DNA from: an uncultured virus (IMG/VR IMGVR_UViG_3300006752_000020)
Taxonomy: Duplodnaviria; Heunggongvirae; Uroviricota; Caudoviricetes
Length of the DNA stretch: 20,000 nucleotides
Strand: one strand, 5' to 3'
IMG/VR virus record: IMGVR_UViG_3300006752_000020
Both the position numbers and the translations under genes were made by a program. The notes under the pieces are model-generated. The model saw only the letters and a list, made by a program, of their open reading frames with translations, had not been told where the DNA came from and made no database searches. This document shows positions 16,355 to 20,000 of this stretch, piece after piece; the first letter of the stretch is position 1; each line of letters begins with the position of its first letter.

Positions 16355-16581
16355 TAGTCTTCATATACTCTACATTCATCTGCTTCAGGTTCCATCTCAC
16401 AATAGAGTTCTAATGCTGTGGGATCATGATGATCACCTGCTTCAATATCTTTTTCGTGATTTTTAGCATAAAATTCTAATTCTTGAAGTTCTCCTTCAAT
16501 ATGACGCCGCTGTTGTGGAGATGTGGATGAATCATCCAAAATCTCTTTATCTTTTTGGATGTGAGCTTCGATACTTTCCAT
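16354..16581 (-). CDS. cp12: CP12 Calvin-cycle inhibitor (auxiliary metabolic gene)
   Basis: 75 aa; C-terminal TALELYCEMEPEADECRVYED is the CP12 C-x8-C motif; no N-terminal Cys pair, as in marine picocyanobacterial and phage CP12. Confidence 0.95.
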   Translation of the reverse strand: MESIEAHIQKDKEILDDSSTSPQQRRHIEGELQELEFYAKNHEKDIEAGDHHDPTALELYCEMEPEADECRVYED

Positions 16582-17901
16582 TTAACTTTTTGTTTTAATT
16601 CCGTGTGAGTCTCTTACTACCCTCATAGAGGTGTATGATTTTGTGGGAAGAAACTTATGAGTAATTTCCCTAATAATATATAGACCACTTATTTTACGGT
16701 CTATTTCAGGAGTTTCCCTGAAATCGTTAACTTTAGGAAATTCTAGATATACTGGATCTCCAGCACATAAATTTGTATTAACTGGAACTAAAATATTGAG
16801 ATCTATGTTAGTGAAAGAACTATATCTAGCTGCTGATTGTGCCTGATCCTGATATGGATTGTAATTGAACTCTGTGGAGACACCAACATCTAGAGTACCA
16901 ACATTAGCCACTCCAGAAAGAACTCTAGGAGCCCATTGTGTTGCATTAATATTTTCTGGATCTGCAACAGCAGCTGGTTTTTCTACTTCTCCTAGTAGAT
17001 TTTTAAAATCAGGTGTAAATAATGACTCGTTTGGTTGAGTGAAAGAAAAATCTAGTGGATTAAAGAAAATTCGATACGATGATTTCTCTCCTTCATTAAG
17101 AGACCTACGAAGATCAGCACTTTTATTTACTTGGACAGTTAAAATAGTTGTAGCACTTTCTCCCTGATTTTCATATGGGTTACTCATCGTCTCCCTATAA
17201 TAATATTTTTGTGCAGACTTTTCACTCTCCTTAGCAAATTTTATTAATCCATCAATTGATTTAAAAACAAATCCTCGTTTTGTTTGCCAAAAGAAAAATC
17301 CTGCAGATTTACTTTTAGCTCCAACTGGAACTGCATGTTTTGATAATAACACAGCCCATGTTAATGGGTGTTTCATATTACCGGTAAATGGAAATGCGTT
17401 CTCAGTTTTTTCTAAGTCAACAGGTTGTAAAGGTTCTAAAAGACCTATAATCTGTTCAATAGTTTTATCGATGGTTGGATCAGTATACTTACGGGAAATT
17501 CTAGTTTGCTCATTTGTGATACCTTCTCTTGATACTAAATGTAGTATAAAATGCTCTGATCTTTTGTCAGTAGCATAACTTAGTATTTTATCAACATACA
17601 TTACATAATCAAAAGGTTCAGATTTTCCTGCAAAGTTATCGAATGGGGTTTTAATTTGGAAGTGGATTCTTTCTCCACCACGAATTGGTAATCCATTAAA
17701 GACTCCTTGAAGATCACCATCCGGTCCTTTGACAGTATTTCCAGTATTAGCAACTTCAATTATTGCCGTTGTTATTGGCGAATATAAGTTTTCAAAATAT
17801 TGAAAATCAATAACACCACCAATAATAGATACGGTCTTTTTTCCGTCTTTTGAGGTAATATTAAATTTTGTATAAACTGATGGTCCAGTTAAAGCAGACA
17901 T
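16582..17901 (-). CDS. Putative baseplate hub / tail protein (gp27-like by position and motifs)
   Basis: 439 aa; FQYFENLYSP...GLPIRGGE, GFFFWQTKRGFVFKSIDGL, ISGLYIIREITHKF; lies upstream of the gp5-like gene. Confidence 0.65.
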   Translation of the reverse strand: MSALTGPSVYTKFNITSKDGKKTVSIIGGVIDFQYFENLYSPITTAIIEVANTGNTVKGPDGDLQGVFNGLPIRGGERIHFQIKTPFDNFAGKSEPFDYVMYVDKILSYATDKRSEHFILHLVSREGITNEQTRISRKYTDPTIDKTIEQIIGLLEPLQPVDLEKTENAFPFTGNMKHPLTWAVLLSKHAVPVGAKSKSAGFFFWQTKRGFVFKSIDGLIKFAKESEKSAQKYYYRETMSNPYENQGESATTILTVQVNKSADLRRSLNEGEKSSYRIFFNPLDFSFTQPNESLFTPDFKNLLGEVEKPAAVADPENINATQWAPRVLSGVANVGTLDVGVSTEFNYNPYQDQAQSAARYSSFTNIDLNILVPVNTNLCAGDPVYLEFPKVNDFRETPEIDRKISGLYIIREITHKFLPTKSYTSMRVVRDSHGIKTKS

Positions 17902-19466
17902 TATGAATACCTATACTTTAGATCTTTCATAATATCAATATAATCTCCACCACCTGACTCGTATACATTACTGCCCATGTTTTGATTATCTTCAGATTCG
18001 CTATTTACAGATGATGATCCACCCTTAATATTTAGAGATGCAACTGAGAATGGAACCATTATTGGTTCTGATTGCACAGTTTCATAAGATGGCATTACTG
18101 ATGGTATTTTTTGCATACCATCTAAAGATGAGACAAGCCTCTTAGGAGGAGCAACAACTTCTCCAGTAAAGGGGGCAGTGCCAGGGAATCCATATTCCAT
18201 GGGATTAATTGCATTCTTTCTAGGATATCCAGTAATACCTTCTGCTTTACCAAGTTCCCAATGCAAGTGTGGTCCACTAGATCTTCCAGTTGATCCTACT
18301 CTACCAATAATATCGCCTGGTTTTACTTTATCATTCTTCTGATATGGAGACTGTTCCAACATGTGTCCATAAAAATGCTCCAGTCCATTTGCATCCACGA
18401 ACACAACATAGTTACCATAGCTCTTTTCAAACCCCTTATCAGTGATAGTAGAATCTGAGGGAACCGTGAGCGCAGAACCAGACTCCGCAGGAATATCTAA
18501 TCCCATATGACCTCGCCCAGCACCAATACCATCTCCTAGAGCATATCCAGGAGGTTTTTTCCCAGTATCTTGAAATATTAATCCAGATGTTTGTGGTTGT
18601 ACTCCAGGAGAAGGTTGTTGGCGAGTTGTTGGTGCCTGTCTTGTCTCAGCAGGAGGTGAAGGAGGAAGAGTAGTTGGAGGCTGCATAATAGTCTCTACTT
18701 GCTGATTGTACTCTTGTTGAGTAATTTCTCCCCTATCTAGTTTTTCCTTAGCTTCTGCAATTTGAGACTGTTGATTAACACTTCGTCCAGTAGGTATTGC
18801 AGGTGTTGTTGGCATAGGATCTAATCCTAGTTTTTGTCTAGCATCAGCAATTTCTCTTTCACTCTGTGATTTTAAATCCTCAAAATCTCTAATAGTATCA
18901 TTAAATGTTTTGTCAACATCTAGTTGAAGTTGTGAGAAATCTTTAGTTAACTCTTCAAACTCTCGTGTAACTTCCCGTTCACTTGTAAATATTTTTCCAG
19001 ATATTAAATCTCTGCTTAGTGCAGCAGCCGTATCCTTAAGACTTTGTAAGACATTTCCAATGCTACTGACGACTGTAACAATATTATCATACAAATTAGT
19101 AACGAACTGAGTTACATCCTCAACAATTACAATAATTTTTGGGAGATTTGCTAATAACCAATCAAGAAGAATCCAACCAGCTGCTTTCAGTAACCCAGAA
19201 AATATACTCTTAGATCCTTTGATGGCAGAAGAAATTCCACCTTTAATAAAATTCTGAGGTTTTTTTGCCTCTACAATTTTCTCTGCATCTTTTGTTCTTG
19301 CAGTATCAACTTCTAATCTGTCAAGACTTAACTTAGTCGTTTCTCTTTGTTTATCTTTTCTAATCTCCTTACCTAAAGACTTCCTAAGACCTTGAGTGGT
19401 CTGCCTAATAGAAAGCAGACCTACATCAACAATATTTAATGCCTCATTAGTAGGAATTAATTTCAT
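17901..19466 (-). CDS. Virion-associated protein with coiled-coil N-terminus and M23 (LytM) metallo-endopeptidase domain
   Basis: 521 aa; HxxxD (HMGLD), YGNYV, YGHM and IGRVGSTGRSSGPHLHWE (HxH) are M23 motifs; amphipathic helical N-terminal half and P/Q/T linker. Confidence 0.88.
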   Translation of the reverse strand: MKLIPTNEALNIVDVGLLSIRQTTQGLRKSLGKEIRKDKQRETTKLSLDRLEVDTARTKDAEKIVEAKKPQNFIKGGISSAIKGSKSIFSGLLKAAGWILLDWLLANLPKIIVIVEDVTQFVTNLYDNIVTVVSSIGNVLQSLKDTAAALSRDLISGKIFTSEREVTREFEELTKDFSQLQLDVDKTFNDTIRDFEDLKSQSEREIADARQKLGLDPMPTTPAIPTGRSVNQQSQIAEAKEKLDRGEITQQEYNQQVETIMQPPTTLPPSPPAETRQAPTTRQQPSPGVQPQTSGLIFQDTGKKPPGYALGDGIGAGRGHMGLDIPAESGSALTVPSDSTITDKGFEKSYGNYVVFVDANGLEHFYGHMLEQSPYQKNDKVKPGDIIGRVGSTGRSSGPHLHWELGKAEGITGYPRKNAINPMEYGFPGTAPFTGEVVAPPKRLVSSLDGMQKIPSVMPSYETVQSEPIMVPFSVASLNIKGGSSSVNSESEDNQNMGSNVYESGGGDYIDIMKDLKYRYS

Positions 19467-20000
19467 TATCCGTATGTTATTTTAGTAAAACCAAGATGAT
19501 CATTAAGAGGATCAGATGTAACTATAGAAGGATATGCTGTGGCAGTTGGTGTCGATGGATTTAGTTCTTCTCCCTCAGAACCACGATCATCGATTGGCAT
19601 AACAACAACATTAGGTACAGATGATATCTGCCCCTCTACATTAAATGGAGCCCTACTAACTGGCTCAAGTGTATAAGGTGTATTATTTAATGGTATAACT
19701 TGCGGTTTTGTTATATTTGTTGGTTGATTCGATTGTGGCATCTGTTGCACAGGAGGAGCAACAGTAGATGCAGGAGGAGCACTACTAGTAGGTGGAGAAG
19801 GTGGTGTGTATTTACCTAAAGACATATCCAACATCTGTTTAATAGCGTCCAGTCCCTTTAATCTTTCAGGATCTGGGGGTCCCTGTCTAAGAGCTCCAGT
19901 ATTTCTAAACATATCATGATCTACTCGCGATATTCTTGCATCAAGATAAGATCTCGCATCATTATCCAAACCATTTCGCAGATTTTGGATATACTTCATA
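19466..20000 (-). CDS. 3' part of a tail/baseplate-associated protein (start probably outside the window)
   Basis: Frame is open to the window edge; P/Q/T-rich C-terminal region like that of the next gene; TAATG overlap with the downstream ATG. Confidence 0.7.
   Translation of the reverse strand, partial: MKYIQNLRNGLDNDARSYLDARISRVDHDMFRNTGALRQGPPDPERLKGLDAIKQMLDMSLGKYTPPSPPTSSAPPASTVAPPVQQMPQSNQPTNITKPQVIPLNNTPYTLEPVSRAPFNVEGQISSVPNVVVMPIDDRGSEGEELNPSTPTATAYPSIVTSDPLNDHLGFTKITYG

Overview
AT-rich segment of a T4-like marine cyanomyovirus genome, judged from talC, cp12, a gp5-like hub gene, T4-type late-promoter motifs and tRNA-Leu(UAA). Most genes are on the minus strand. From right to left: (i) a stop/start-coupled baseplate/tail run (partial ORF, M23 peptidase protein, gp27-like hub, CP12 inside the run, gp5-like hub, glycine-repeat protein, short fibre-like protein); (ii) a perfect-consensus sigma70 promoter preceding an 80-aa ORF, talC, an unlisted 39-aa acidic ORF, a 2OG-Fe(II) oxygenase-like gene and tRNA-Leu; (iii) a five-gene uncharacterised envelope module at 7861-10969; (iv) two large tail-fibre/structural genes, one ending in an S74-type autocleaving chaperone. 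The best candidate for an undescribed system is the envelope module: two paralogous signal-peptide proteins, a third exported protein with a TolC/OEP-like strand-helix pattern and no canonical start codon ahead of its signal peptide, and two convergent membrane proteins. All family calls come from reading motifs by eye; no searches were run.
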